Of a DNA stretch of 64,000 nt, positions 54,582 through 64,000 are shown piece after piece; positions within the stretch are counted from its first letter, which is position 1; each line of letters starts with the position of its first letter. The DNA lies in NCBI GenBank assembly GCA_043801165.1, contig JAZDMG010000042.1, positions 89 to 64,088 on the forward strand. Reading direction: 5' to 3'. The translations under genes were made by a program, and so were the position numbers. Source of the DNA: an archaeon. Lineage in GTDB: Archaea; Nanobdellota; Nanobdellia; Woesearchaeales; SM23-78. The notes under the pieces were generated by a model, which did no database searches, was not told where the DNA came from, and saw only the letters and a program-made list of their open reading frames with translations.

Positions 54582-54789
54582 ATTATCACCTTTGAATTGT
54601 TTTATTGAATGGTTGATTTATGGAATAACAACTAACCAAATCTAAGAATTCAGGCATTTGCTCGTACAGCGTTATCCATTGCAGCACAGGAGCGGTGGCT
54701 GGTTTAAAAATATTGCGGGGATTGCAGTTATAACCTATTAACAGAAGTCAGCAATATCTTTATAAGCCTCTGTGCATTCGCTTTTTTGC

Positions 54790-55638
54790 ATGACGTACAT
54801 AGACCTGGGCGATGAGAGGTTGATAGCGCGGCTGAATATCAACAACGGGCAGCTGATAGGTCTTTCGCTTGATGACAAGGAGTTCTTCCACGACGGCGGA
54901 AGCCCTGATTGGGAGAAGAACGGCTGGGCAAACTCTGAGATAATAATGTTCCCGCTAGTAGGGCCGCCAAAGGATTACAAGGTCACGATAGGCAGCATCG
55001 GTTTTCCACAAGACCAGCATGGCATATCAAGGATACTGCCATTTGTCATAAAGCAGCACAGCAAAGGCTATGTGCAGCTTATCCAGGAATATAAGCCGCA
55101 TAACCTGCGCAACCCAAAATATCAGCCAGGCAACGGGCATCCTGAGCATCTTTTCTGGCCATTTGCCTGTTCCATCGAGAAAGAGTTCAAGATCATCGAT
55201 GATAGGCTTGTTATGACCTTGTCTGTGGCCAACAATTCAAGCGATATCATGCCCTACAGGGCTGGTTGGCATCCTGGGTTCAGGCTTCAGGGCTCTGTAG
55301 TGGATGGTGCATTTACGGTCGATGATGAATCAAGCATATCATTGGATGAAGTTATCAATGCATCGCTTGATCCGACTAGGAACGCCTACGCGCTGAAGGA
55401 TGTCCATTCTGTCAGATACTCTGATAATAAGACAGGGAAAGGGATACTGGTCTCAAGCGATGATTTCAAGCACATGATGCTCTGGAGCCCTGGAAAGGAC
55501 GCAGGCATGTTTTGCATAGAGACAGCCACCCATCCTCTTGGCCAGGCCAAAGGCGAGGAATTGTTTGTGCACGGGCGTTTCGAGCTCCTAAAGCCGGGCG
55601 AAAGAAGGTCATATTCAGTCGTGTTGAAGCCTTTCTGA
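54790..55638 (+). CDS. Aldose 1-epimerase (galactose mutarotase-like) family protein
   Basis: MFPLVG, QHG.SR, GWHPGF, FCIE motifs. Confidence 0.8.
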   Translation: MTYIDLGDERLIARLNINNGQLIGLSLDDKEFFHDGGSPDWEKNGWANSEIIMFPLVGPPKDYKVTIGSIGFPQDQHGISRILPFVIKQHSKGYVQLIQEYKPHNLRNPKYQPGNGHPEHLFWPFACSIEKEFKIIDDRLVMTLSVANNSSDIMPYRAGWHPGFRLQGSVVDGAFTVDDESSISLDEVINASLDPTRNAYALKDVHSVRYSDNKTGKGILVSSDDFKHMMLWSPGKDAGMFCIETATHPLGQAKGEELFVHGRFELLKPGERRSYSVVLKPF

Positions 55639-55720
55639 TTAATATTCGAAAACAATATAAGCACCATTGACTTGTCAGGCATCAATCAAGTATCAGTCAA
55701 GCATTAGTTTCTCGGAGAGA

Positions 55721-58417
55721 ATGGTCAAGACCAAACAAAAGAAGAAAAAAAAAGGAGAAGCAAACCAAGAGGTCATCAGGGCAGATGATGCGGCCGGATT
55801 GCATGATGATCCTGTTGAGAAAGGTGATGTTTCAGTCAAAAATGACCAATCTCGACGGCTTCCTGGACCAGGTGTTGGAGAAGGACAGAAAAACAAGGCT
55901 AAAGAGAAGAGCATCATCAAAAGGCTGTTCATCATCGGATTAGCGGCAGCGGTGCTGCTGTTGATAATATTCTTTGTCAGCTCAAAGATAAGGTTCATCT
56001 TCAGCGATGAGCTGAACATGAGGGTCTCACCTCTCCAGCAGAGCTTCTCGGTCACGAACCGTGACGCGGTTGTGGCGAACATAACATTGGTCAACAGCAA
56101 TTTCATACAGTGCAGAAGCCAATGCAAGTTCACTCTCACAAACCTTGCTGATGAGAGCATAATCTATTCTAGCAATGAGTCTGTGAAGCACAATGAGCAG
56201 CTCAACAAGCAATTCATCATCAGGATGCCTGGCAAAGGGAGCGGCCAGCTGCTCTACATGTTCGAATCAGAATGCATCAACCTCAGGTCGGTTGTCTGCC
56301 TGACCGATGAGAACCCGCATTACAAGAGCAGCATGATAATAATAAACTATGGCCTCACCGCAGAAGAGGCGCACGCCAAGGAGCTGATGCAGCAGAGCCT
56401 GGATGGTTTCCGCAGGCTCCTATCAGAGGTATCTGCTCTGCATGAGGAGAACCTAATCCTCAGCAGGAATCTTCCCTCTGGCGCAGTTGAAAATCAAGCC
56501 CTCATATCATCTCTTGAGATTAACCAGCAGGCGCTCGACAGGTTCCGCATCAGAAGCCAGGCCCTCACGTCTCTCTGGGACCAGGAAAATTATCTTGGGC
56601 TGATGAACTCTTTCTCTGGAGAAGAGCTTAGCGCTCTTTTGTCATTGAAAGACGAGGTTTCCAAAATGCGGAAGGAGATGATTGCCCTTATAGAAGCCAG
56701 GAACAAGAACATTGAGCTGCTGCAGAAGACATCTGATTATGCAGCTGATGTCAGGGAGATGGCATTGCGCTATAGGAATGAGAGCAATCCGCAGAACAGC
56801 CTCCTGTTGGCAAAGCTGAACAGCGTTGCAGAGGACATCTCCCGAAATTATATTTTCATCTCAACAGGCACAGTCCATTCAGAGGGAGAGATAGGCAAGG
56901 CATTGGAGGATGACCTGCAGAATCTCAGTGTATTAGCCCAGGATCTTGATCTGAAGAAGGCAGAGGAGGCATTCCTGCTGATCTACGGCAGCAACCTGCT
57001 GCGCCAGAAAGGAATCAATATCAACTCATCTGTTAGCTCAGGGTGTGCTGGCCTGCGCGGGCTGGCCTCGAATATCGCCCTGACCAACGTGAACTCATCG
57101 CTGCGCAGAGCCTATGATTACAACTGGAGCATCGGCAACGAGAGCTTTGACCAAGCGCTTAAGATGGCTTCAATAAATATCGCTTTGCAGGCATTGAACA
57201 AGAGCCGTGAACAGGTCAACCTGCAGGCTTCTGGTGGTCCGTACAATATGACTGTGATTAATAGGACAAGGATCATCATGATGATTGACGCTGAAGAAGC
57301 TCGCCTCAATGCTGACCTTGTAGGCCTTGGAGCCGCAGAAGAGATAGGCCTCGAAAGCCTCAAGTCCCTGGTCATGATAAACGGTTCAATGAGCAATGAA
57401 TACATCATCATGAACTGCGCTGCAGCTAATCACTCATCGACAGGATCTGTCGCAGGCATCATAGCATTCCTTTCGATACCATTCAGCAGCATCCTCGACC
57501 TCAGGGCATCATCAGAAGTCACTGTGATCAATGCCAGCCTTCCTGGGCTCGGATCGAATCCTGCCCAGTGCTGTGTCTTTGGGAAATGTACACCCTGCTG
57601 TTCAGAGCCTGGATGCAGAGGAGCCATCAGCCCAGTGATATTCATCCACGGGCACGTATTCAATGATGCAAACACCCCTGAGTATTCCATGAACTCATTC
57701 ACAAAGATCCAGAGGAAGATGATGTCTGACGGGTTCATCTCATTCGGAGAGCTTGACTTGAAGGCCAACAAGGAGAACGCTTCATTCGGTGAGTGGAGTG
57801 AAAGCCGCGTTCCTGCTACTGTCAGGGTGAGCTATTACTACATAACATATTACACTCTCGCTGATTATTCTGTCGCCGCCCAGAAGACTGAGAGCATAGA
57901 AAGCTACGCTTTAAGGCTGAAGGAGATCATAGATCTTGTGAAATACAAGACCGGATCAAACAAGGTATCAATAGTGGCTCATTCCATGGGAGGCCTTGTG
58001 GCGCGCGAATACACGTCACTCTTTGGCTACGATGATCTCTCGAAACTCATCCTGGTGAACACGCCCAACAGCGGGGTCAGTGGAAAGGTCAAGGATTTCT
58101 GCTCTGTCCTTGGAGCTAAAAAGGAATGCGGTGAGATGGCAGAGGGGAGCATATTCCTGAGCAGGCTTAACGTAAGAAAGATTCCTGCAGATGCAATGGT
58201 ATACGCCATAAGGAGCACTGGCTGCGAGATGGATGGCAACAGGGACGGAGACGGCATTGTGACCGCTGAGAGCGCCTATCTTGAAGGAGCCAAGAAGAAC
58301 TACGAGATTAAGGGCAACTGCACAGGCTCATTCAAGGACAGCCTTCACTCAGACTCACTCAATCCTGAGAAATATCCTGAGACCTATGATTTGATTTTGA
58401 GCATCCTGACTTCTTAG
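55721..58417 (+). CDS. Membrane-anchored protein with Ig-like and coiled-coil stalk and a C-terminal alpha/beta hydrolase
   Basis: N-terminal TM (LFIIGLAAAVLLLIIFFV); IFIHG, IVAHSMGGL nucleophile elbow, GDGIV, LHS. Confidence 0.85.
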   Translation: MVKTKQKKKKKGEANQEVIRADDAAGLHDDPVEKGDVSVKNDQSRRLPGPGVGEGQKNKAKEKSIIKRLFIIGLAAAVLLLIIFFVSSKIRFIFSDELNMRVSPLQQSFSVTNRDAVVANITLVNSNFIQCRSQCKFTLTNLADESIIYSSNESVKHNEQLNKQFIIRMPGKGSGQLLYMFESECINLRSVVCLTDENPHYKSSMIIINYGLTAEEAHAKELMQQSLDGFRRLLSEVSALHEENLILSRNLPSGAVENQALISSLEINQQALDRFRIRSQALTSLWDQENYLGLMNSFSGEELSALLSLKDEVSKMRKEMIALIEARNKNIELLQKTSDYAADVREMALRYRNESNPQNSLLLAKLNSVAEDISRNYIFISTGTVHSEGEIGKALEDDLQNLSVLAQDLDLKKAEEAFLLIYGSNLLRQKGININSSVSSGCAGLRGLASNIALTNVNSSLRRAYDYNWSIGNESFDQALKMASINIALQALNKSREQVNLQASGGPYNMTVINRTRIIMMIDAEEARLNADLVGLGAAEEIGLESLKSLVMINGSMSNEYIIMNCAAANHSSTGSVAGIIAFLSIPFSSILDLRASSEVTVINASLPGLGSNPAQCCVFGKCTPCCSEPGCRGAISPVIFIHGHVFNDANTPEYSMNSFTKIQRKMMSDGFISFGELDLKANKENASFGEWSESRVPATVRVSYYYITYYTLADYSVAAQKTESIESYALRLKEIIDLVKYKTGSNKVSIVAHSMGGLVAREYTSLFGYDDLSKLILVNTPNSGVSGKVKDFCSVLGAKKECGEMAEGSIFLSRLNVRKIPADAMVYAIRSTGCEMDGNRDGDGIVTAESAYLEGAKKNYEIKGNCTGSFKDSLHSDSLNPEKYPETYDLILSILTS

Positions 58418-58992
58418 AAGATCGCGCTGAACAGGTACTTGAAGACATTCCAGCCATCGAAGAAAGGTATCGGTAGCATGTTGAATATGAAAAGGAACAT
58501 GTTGATCCTGCTGGTGAGGAAAACTATGTGATATGCAGTCCTCTTGAGCTTGACTTTTTTCATCAATATCTTCGCCCCAAGCCAGAATAAAAGATTGACC
58601 AGTGGGCCTGCGAAGGCCACCCCTGCCATCTGCAGGGCAGTCCCTCCTCCACCTATGCTTGTATAGGCCGGGACAAGGAATACGAATCCGAATCCAGCGA
58701 GCTTCAGGATGATGCCCAGCCCTAGCCAGAAATAGGCTGCCTCGAATGTGGCGCTCATGCCGTTGGCGATGGCAAAGAACTTATGGCCGAACTCATGCAG
58801 GATTATGCTCGGAGCGACCACTGCTGCAGCAAACCAGAAATCATTCATGCTGAAGAGCGGCCTTTTCTTCAGGTAATATTCTGGGGTTATGACCTCAACC
58901 TTTGGCCTGTAGCGGAAGACATCCTTGAAGATGAATCCTATGGCGAACGTCATTATGAATACATCGATTATCTCATTGATCGAAAAAAACAT
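58414..58992 (-). CDS. M50/site-2 family membrane metalloprotease
   Basis: HEFGH, AGP.VN, NMLP...FDG. Confidence 0.88.
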   Translation of the reverse strand: MFFSINEIIDVFIMTFAIGFIFKDVFRYRPKVEVITPEYYLKKRPLFSMNDFWFAAAVVAPSIILHEFGHKFFAIANGMSATFEAAYFWLGLGIILKLAGFGFVFLVPAYTSIGGGGTALQMAGVAFAGPLVNLLFWLGAKILMKKVKLKRTAYHIVFLTSRINMFLFIFNMLPIPFFDGWNVFKYLFSAIF

Positions 58993-59120
58993 GACCTGGG
59001 TGCAGGGCATGATGTTTAAATGTTTTTTGCATCGGTAAGCAGATGGCCGGCTTGCTATGATAAAATTTAAATAGCATGGTAGGTAATTCTTTCTCTGCAG
59101 AAGAAGTTAAGAGGTTATTC

Positions 59121-60347
59121 ATGGGTTTCCTGAGTTTTTTAGGTGGAAAGAAGGCTGAGAGCATTAATTTCTCTGAGATAGACCGCTGGCTTGACAAGCA
59201 GGTCGAGGGCAAGCGCTTTGACCAGAGGATCACCAGGACTAAGTCAGTGGTGAAGGATCTAATAGCAGACGGCCACAGATATCTTGAGGAGCTTGAGAAG
59301 GCAGGACTGGTCAACACCAACATACCTGAGCGGGCCAAGCAAATGATGGACGGCCACAGGAAGGCATATATCAGCCGCATAAAGAGATTCCTTGGCGATA
59401 TCAGCATCCCAGATGATTTCTCCCAGATTGGGCATTATGCGGCAAGGGTCTCTGAGTCATTGGATAGCCTAAGCCAGGAGACCCGGAAGAATTACATGAT
59501 TATCAGAGAATTTCTAGAGGTTGAGCTCACAAGAGTGATAAAGGTAGTGAAGGGCATAGAGGAGGAGCTTGCAAAGCTGCAGTCAGAGATCGACAAGGAA
59601 GGGGTTGAGCTGATAAGAGAGGCTAAGATAAGGCTTGACCAGTTCAAAGATGATGCCATGAAAAAAGAGAGGCTTGAGCAGGAGAAGACACGGCTCGAGT
59701 CTGAACTGGAGATGCTCCTAAAGAAGAAGGAGAAGCTTGACGGAAGGATTACGGAGCTCAAGAGCAGCAAGGAATATGAGCAGTTCAGGGAATGCCTTGA
59801 TGAGAACAAGCAATCAGAGGAGAGGATCAATGCGATAGAGCAGGAGATGATAAGCATATTCTCTGAGCTGAACAGGCCTCTCAAGAAGTACACCCATAAC
59901 ACTTTGCACGAGAAGTTCGTCGATAGGTATATCGCTGACCCTGCCGGCACATTGCAGGAAGATGACAGCCTTGTGATCAGCGAGATCCTGAAGAAGATGG
60001 GGCAGGAATTGGATACTCTTGAGCTGAAGGACAAACAGCTTGACAAGACCAATGAGATGCTGGCGAAGCTGAGCAGGGATTTCTTAGTTGAGAGAAAATC
60101 TGAGCTCAGCAGGCTGAGATCTGTCTGCAGGGATGCCGCCACCAAGATCAACAGGAGCGTTGCAGCCCTGAACATCTCTGAGAACGATAGCTGGCTCAAA
60201 TCACTAGACAACAAGATAAGCCAGGCAGAGAAGGGCATAGCTGCCTTGAACAAGCAGATCGAGGAGATAAATCTCGACTACCTGAAGCAGAAGGTAAAGG
60301 AGAAAGTAAAAGAGATCGCGACCCACGTCAAGATAATAGATGATTAA
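59121..60347 (+). CDS. Hypothetical coiled-coil protein
   Basis: Long heptad-rich ORF; gaggtt RBS before ATG 59121. Confidence 0.7.
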   Translation: MGFLSFLGGKKAESINFSEIDRWLDKQVEGKRFDQRITRTKSVVKDLIADGHRYLEELEKAGLVNTNIPERAKQMMDGHRKAYISRIKRFLGDISIPDDFSQIGHYAARVSESLDSLSQETRKNYMIIREFLEVELTRVIKVVKGIEEELAKLQSEIDKEGVELIREAKIRLDQFKDDAMKKERLEQEKTRLESELEMLLKKKEKLDGRITELKSSKEYEQFRECLDENKQSEERINAIEQEMISIFSELNRPLKKYTHNTLHEKFVDRYIADPAGTLQEDDSLVISEILKKMGQELDTLELKDKQLDKTNEMLAKLSRDFLVERKSELSRLRSVCRDAATKINRSVAALNISENDSWLKSLDNKISQAEKGIAALNKQIEEINLDYLKQKVKEKVKEIATHVKIIDD

Positions 60348-60910
60348 TCCTCTTTCTTCTTCTCAGAGAATATTATCGCTTGGAACTTATATATCTTATT
60401 TGAGATATCTTTCCAGTCATTGAAGCCAAGCCCTGCCTTCTGGCAGAGGCAGTTCAGAAACTGCTGGATGCTGAAAGCGTTCTCTGTCGCGACCTGCGGC
60501 AGGAGAAGGCCTGATCCGTACGAGCCCTCGATTATGAGCCCGTCCTCACCTATCTTTATCATCTTGAGATAATCATTTGAATGCGTCACCTTTATCAGCT
60601 CAGGGACGGTGAGCACTGATATCTCGATATATATGTCATTGAGCTCTGGCTGCGAGAGCTGTTTGAATCTTGGGTCCTGGAAAGCAGCGCTCCTGGCAGC
60701 CTCTGCAATCGCTGTGCACAGCGAATACGCAGGCGTCGGAAACCCGATGCATCCTCTCAGCTTCCCGCGCTTTTCATGCAGGGTCACAAAGACTCCGCGC
60801 TTCTCTGTCAGGTGCTTTGTCTCGCTCATGTCAGGCTTCTTGCCTGAGAAATAGGTACTGATGGATTCGCGTGCCAGTTTAAGCAGCAGCTTCTTGTCTT
60901 TATCGTTCAT
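60344..60910 (-). CDS. AMMECR1 domain protein (AmmeMemoRadiSam protein A)
   Basis: GVFVTL, LRGCIG, A..DPRF, EISVLT, GLLLPQVA. Confidence 0.92.
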   Translation of the reverse strand: MNDKDKKLLLKLARESISTYFSGKKPDMSETKHLTEKRGVFVTLHEKRGKLRGCIGFPTPAYSLCTAIAEAARSAAFQDPRFKQLSQPELNDIYIEISVLTVPELIKVTHSNDYLKMIKIGEDGLIIEGSYGSGLLLPQVATENAFSIQQFLNCLCQKAGLGFNDWKDISNKIYKFQAIIFSEKKKED

Positions 60911-60994
60911 TGATGAGATTAGTGCATAGCACTATTAATATTTTATTATTTTTCCAGCTGGCTGCTTGAGAAATATCGAGAAATACCTACAGTC

Positions 60995-61273
60995 TCACTT
61001 TGCCTTCTTGAAAGCGGTCTTGAACTCATCGTTGAGCTTGCCAAGGCGCTTTGCCGCTGCCTTCATGACATCTGTAGGCTCCTTCTGGCCGCTGGTCTCG
61101 ATTATGAACTTCGGTATTCGCACCAGCGGGTGCGCGATGTTGTAGGTCGAGATCTTGACATTGTCGTCGTTCAAAAGCTCTTTCTTCAGCGCATTGCAGA
61201 AAGTGTGGTCTGCGCCGATGAGCTCGAAGATCATCCTTTTCTTGGTCTGCTCTATTACTTTGATTTCCATCAT
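60995..61273 (-). CDS. rpoL: RNA polymerase subunit L (Rpo11)
   Basis: DHTFCNALK.EL...Y.I.HPL. Confidence 0.93.
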   Translation of the reverse strand: MMEIKVIEQTKKRMIFELIGADHTFCNALKKELLNDDNVKISTYNIAHPLVRIPKFIIETSGQKEPTDVMKAAAKRLGKLNDEFKTAFKKAK

Positions 61274-61317
61274 CCCATGAAGGACAAACCAGGGGTTTAT
61301 AAATATTGCGCTGAGCT

Positions 61318-61376
61318 GTCATGATGAAAATCAGCTGAAGGGACTGTGATGAGCCGAGGCTTGGTCATGGTCTGTC
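61318..61376 (+). ncRNA. Candidate box C/D-like sRNA or k-turn element
   Basis: AUGAUGA (61321), CUGA (61335), GUGAUGA (61346); the terminal D box is only CUGU (61372) and the first guide is only 7 nt. Confidence 0.25.
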
Positions 61377-61458
61377 TCCAGAAACAGAAACCTTTATAAA
61401 CCGCCCATTAATTCTTGAGGATGGGTTTAGAGAACGATTCTGTACAGGAATTAATCAT

Positions 61459-61947
61459 ATGACTAAGAAGGGATTTAGAATGAGTGTTTCAAAACAAGAA
61501 CTGATAATAGCGATTTCAGAGCAGCTCAAGCCTATGCTTAAGAAGCCGGAATGGGCTGACTTTGTAAAGACAGGTGTACACAAGGAAAAGCCTCCGGTCA
61601 ATCCTGACTGGTGGTACGTTAGAGCGGCAAGCGTCCTCCTCAAGATTGAGAAGCTTGGCCCGATTGGCGTCTCAAAGCTGAGGGTCAAGTACGGCGGCAG
61701 GAAGAACAACGGCGTCGCTCCAGAGCATTTCAGGAAAGGCTCAGGCAACATCATAAGGAAGGTGCTCCAGCAGCTTGAGAAAGAAGGGCTCCTGAAGAAG
61801 GAGATCGGGAAGCACAAGGGAAGGATGCTCACGCCAAAGGCGCATTCATTGATAGCTCAGACAACAAAGAGGATTGAATTGGCTAAGCTAAAGAAAGCAA
61901 AGGCAGTGCTCGCAGAGAAGGCTGCTCCTGAGCAAGATTCTGCTTAA
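61459..61947 (+). CDS. rps19e: 30S ribosomal protein eS19
   Basis: PEWADFVKTG..KE.PP...DWWYVRAAS, GV..LR..YGG, SG.IIRK.LQQLE. Confidence 0.96.
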   Translation: MTKKGFRMSVSKQELIIAISEQLKPMLKKPEWADFVKTGVHKEKPPVNPDWWYVRAASVLLKIEKLGPIGVSKLRVKYGGRKNNGVAPEHFRKGSGNIIRKVLQQLEKEGLLKKEIGKHKGRMLTPKAHSLIAQTTKRIELAKLKKAKAVLAEKAAPEQDSA

Positions 61948-61958
61948 AGGTATTCACA

Positions 61959-62132
61959 ATGGCAAGATACAAACCAAGGGCAAAGAAGAAAAGGCTCATA
62001 AAGAAAGGCTCACAGACAAAATGGGCTCCATACTGGACCGTGCCAAAGATATACGGCAAGACCAGAAGGGTCCATCCTGGAAGGCACACTGTCGTCAAGA
62101 GAAGCTGGCGCAGGACCAAGATTAAACCATAG
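61959..62132 (+). CDS. rpl39e: 50S ribosomal protein eL39 (missed by the ORF track)
   Basis: 57 aa MARYKPRAKKKRL...WAPYW...RSWRRTKIKP, between eS19 and eL31. Confidence 0.9.
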   Translation: MARYKPRAKKKRLIKKGSQTKWAPYWTVPKIYGKTRRVHPGRHTVVKRSWRRTKIKP

Positions 62133-62147
62133 CTGAGTTGATGATCA

Positions 62148-62651
62148 ATGGCAAAGAAGAAAGAAGTCAAGAATGAGATTGAGAGGGACTATGTGGTCCC
62201 GCTTAGAAAAGGATTCAGGAGAATCGCAGGCTACAAGAAGTCAGCGAAAGCCATGAGGACTTTGAGGATTTTTCTCGAGAAGCACATGAAGAGCGACAAG
62301 GTCAGGATCGGCCTGCACATCAACGAGTACATCTGGGCCAACGGAGGAAAAAACCCTCCCCACCATGTCAAGGTCCATGTCTGGAAGAGCGACGATGAGG
62401 TAAGGGCAGAGCTGCACGGCTTTGAGTTCAAGGAGGCTGTGAAGGCAGAGAAGAAGAAAGAGCCTGAGACCATGAAAGAGAAGCTCGCCGCGAAGCTTGG
62501 CGTAGATGAGAAGGCAGAGAAGGATTCTGAGAAGAAGGAAGCATTGCCTGAGGCGGCGCCTGAAAAGAACGACGAAGCCAAAACAGAGGAGAAGAAAGAA
62601 TCATCTGCTGAGCCAAAGGTCGCCAGGAAGAAGCCGGCTAAGAAGCAGTAA
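62148..62651 (+). CDS. rpl31e: 50S ribosomal protein eL31 with a charged C-terminal tail
   Basis: ERDYVVPLR, KA...LR.FL.KHMK, INEYIWA.G.K.PP..VKV. Confidence 0.95.
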   Translation: MAKKKEVKNEIERDYVVPLRKGFRRIAGYKKSAKAMRTLRIFLEKHMKSDKVRIGLHINEYIWANGGKNPPHHVKVHVWKSDDEVRAELHGFEFKEAVKAEKKKEPETMKEKLAAKLGVDEKAEKDSEKKEALPEAAPEKNDEAKTEEKKESSAEPKVARKKPAKKQ

Positions 62652-62759
62652 ACTATTTTATTTCTTTTAGTCTTTTTTCATATTTTTGTTTCTAGATTCA
62701 TATCTGCTGAGCATTTCAATCTTCGAAGAAAAATACAAAATAATTTTACAATCTCTGCC

Positions 62760-63098
62760 TTACCAGCCCCTGTCGCGCTCCTTCTGCTTCGACACGTCTC
62801 GCTCTGCTTCGCCAAAGACCTTGCTGAGGACAGAATCCAAGCCCACAAAAAGGTTCCTTTCGACTAGCTCAGAGAACACAGAGTTGCCTTTGATAAGCAC
62901 CTTGGCATGGAGCTCATATTTCTCGCTGCCTTCGGTCTTGTGCACCGGCTTCAGTGTGACTGTCATGTGCTCGAAGTCAGGCACCAGGTCGCTGAACTTC
63001 CTCGCGTAGCTGCCCACCAATTTCTTGACAACGACAAGCTCGGCTTGGTCTATCTCCTTAAATCCCACAAGGGTAATGTTTCCGCCCAATTCAATCAC
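62760..63098 (-). CDS. Small protein with a possible HPF/RaiA-like (ribosome hibernation) fold
   Basis: GTG start with aggaggt RBS; beta-alpha-beta-beta-beta-alpha-like pattern ending RNLFVGLDSVLSK. Confidence 0.55.
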   Translation of the reverse strand: MIELGGNITLVGFKEIDQAELVVVKKLVGSYARKFSDLVPDFEHMTVTLKPVHKTEGSEKYELHAKVLIKGNSVFSELVERNLFVGLDSVLSKVFGEAERDVSKQKERDRGW

Positions 63099-63217
63099 TG
63101 TGAGTACCTCCTTTTGCAATTGGTAGAAAAACAGCTTGGTTTTAAATAACTTATGAAAAATTAGTATAAGACAAAAATAACGCATAGTTTATATATTAGT
63201 TCTGTTATTGCGTTGTT

Positions 63218-64000
63218 ATGATAAAATTGCCTACGAGAGAACTAGTTTTAAGATGGAAAAAAGAAGGAAAGACACAGCAAGAGATTGCGACATTAGTTGG
63301 TTGCAATCAATCAGCCATCAGCAGGCTGATTGAAAAATTCAGGCAAACAGGTAATGTAAAGAATCTGCCACGAAGTGGCAGACCAACACCGTTAACAAAG
63401 AAAACTCTTGCAAAACTCAAGTCAGAATTTACGCGAGAAGCAAGAGCCGCTAACAAGAAATTCTGTTCAATAGACGTGAAACAATTCTCTCAAATAATTG
63501 AAAACAAAACACGAAAGAAATATTCTTCAAGGCATGTTATGCGCGTACTTCATAAACTAGATTTTTCAAGAATAACGCCTCGTAGCCAACACATCAAAAA
63601 TGACCCCAAGAAAGTCAAAGAATTTCGTGCAGAATTTAAAAAAAACTTGAAACAAAATATTTGGGTTATGAGATTATAGCAATAGATGAAGCCAGCTTCC
63701 AACTAACAACAACTTACAAAAAGATTTGGTATCCTCGAGGAGAAACTCCTCGAGCAGCATTCTTTTGGAGCAACAAAAAACTCATAACATTCGGAGCACT
63801 AACAAGCAATCACAAATTTTATTATGATTTTTATGAAGCGCAAAACAGCATGACCTTCATGAACTTCTTAAGAGAATTATTCAAAAAAATAGACCAAAAA
63901 AAGAAATACGTGCTGATAATGGATAATGCAGGATTCCATAAAACAAGCTGCGTAAGAAATCTAATTGCAGAATATTCTGACAAAATTTGCGTGGAACACA
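63218..64000 (+). mobile_element. IS630-family transposase in two frames joined by a -1 frameshift; runs off the window
   Basis: ORF A (63218-63679) has two HTH regions; A8 run at 63638-63645; the -1 frame reads IAIDEASF...LIMDNAGFHK (DDE-type core); AT-rich relative to the host. Confidence 0.9.

Noticed and set aside
63130-63217. Left terminal inverted repeat of the IS630 element
   Set aside because: The right end is outside the window, so the TIR and TA target cannot be defined.

Overview
Archaeal chromosomal window: it has RpoK/RpoL, eS19/eL39/eL31, the exosome, proteasome alpha, Cbf5 and an intron-containing tRNA. The gene mix (class II LysRS, many orphan proteins, giant surface proteins) suggests a DPANN/Woesearchaeota-like organism; that assignment is inference. 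About 1-28.4 kb is accessory. It holds two co-directional arrays of toxin-antitoxin-like modules (0.9-7.7 kb and 13.4-15.4 kb): HTH-MNT/HEPN, DUF2683/RelE, AbiEi/AbiEii and wHTH/nucleotidyltransferase. Most modules carry their own TATA box and palindromic operator, and some are bounded by direct repeats, including three copies of the vanZ-stop/uppP-start junction. These arrays alternate with large Cys-rich or PGF-pre-PGF surface proteins and a secreted protein whose C-terminus looks like a beta-barrel. About 28.6-63.1 kb is mostly housekeeping: cbf5, rtcA, the Pop5-psmA-SBDS-rrp4-rrp41-rrp42-rpoK operon, PMM/PGM, rpl11, rubrerythrin, tRNA-Leu(UAA), pth2, lysS, a rimB-like/rimK pair, a beta-CASP nuclease, a DHS/decarboxylase/DUF523 cluster, rpoL and ribosomal proteins. 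The window ends in a frameshifted IS630-family transposase. No CRISPR array or rRNA was seen. All family calls come from recognising motifs by eye; no database searches were run.
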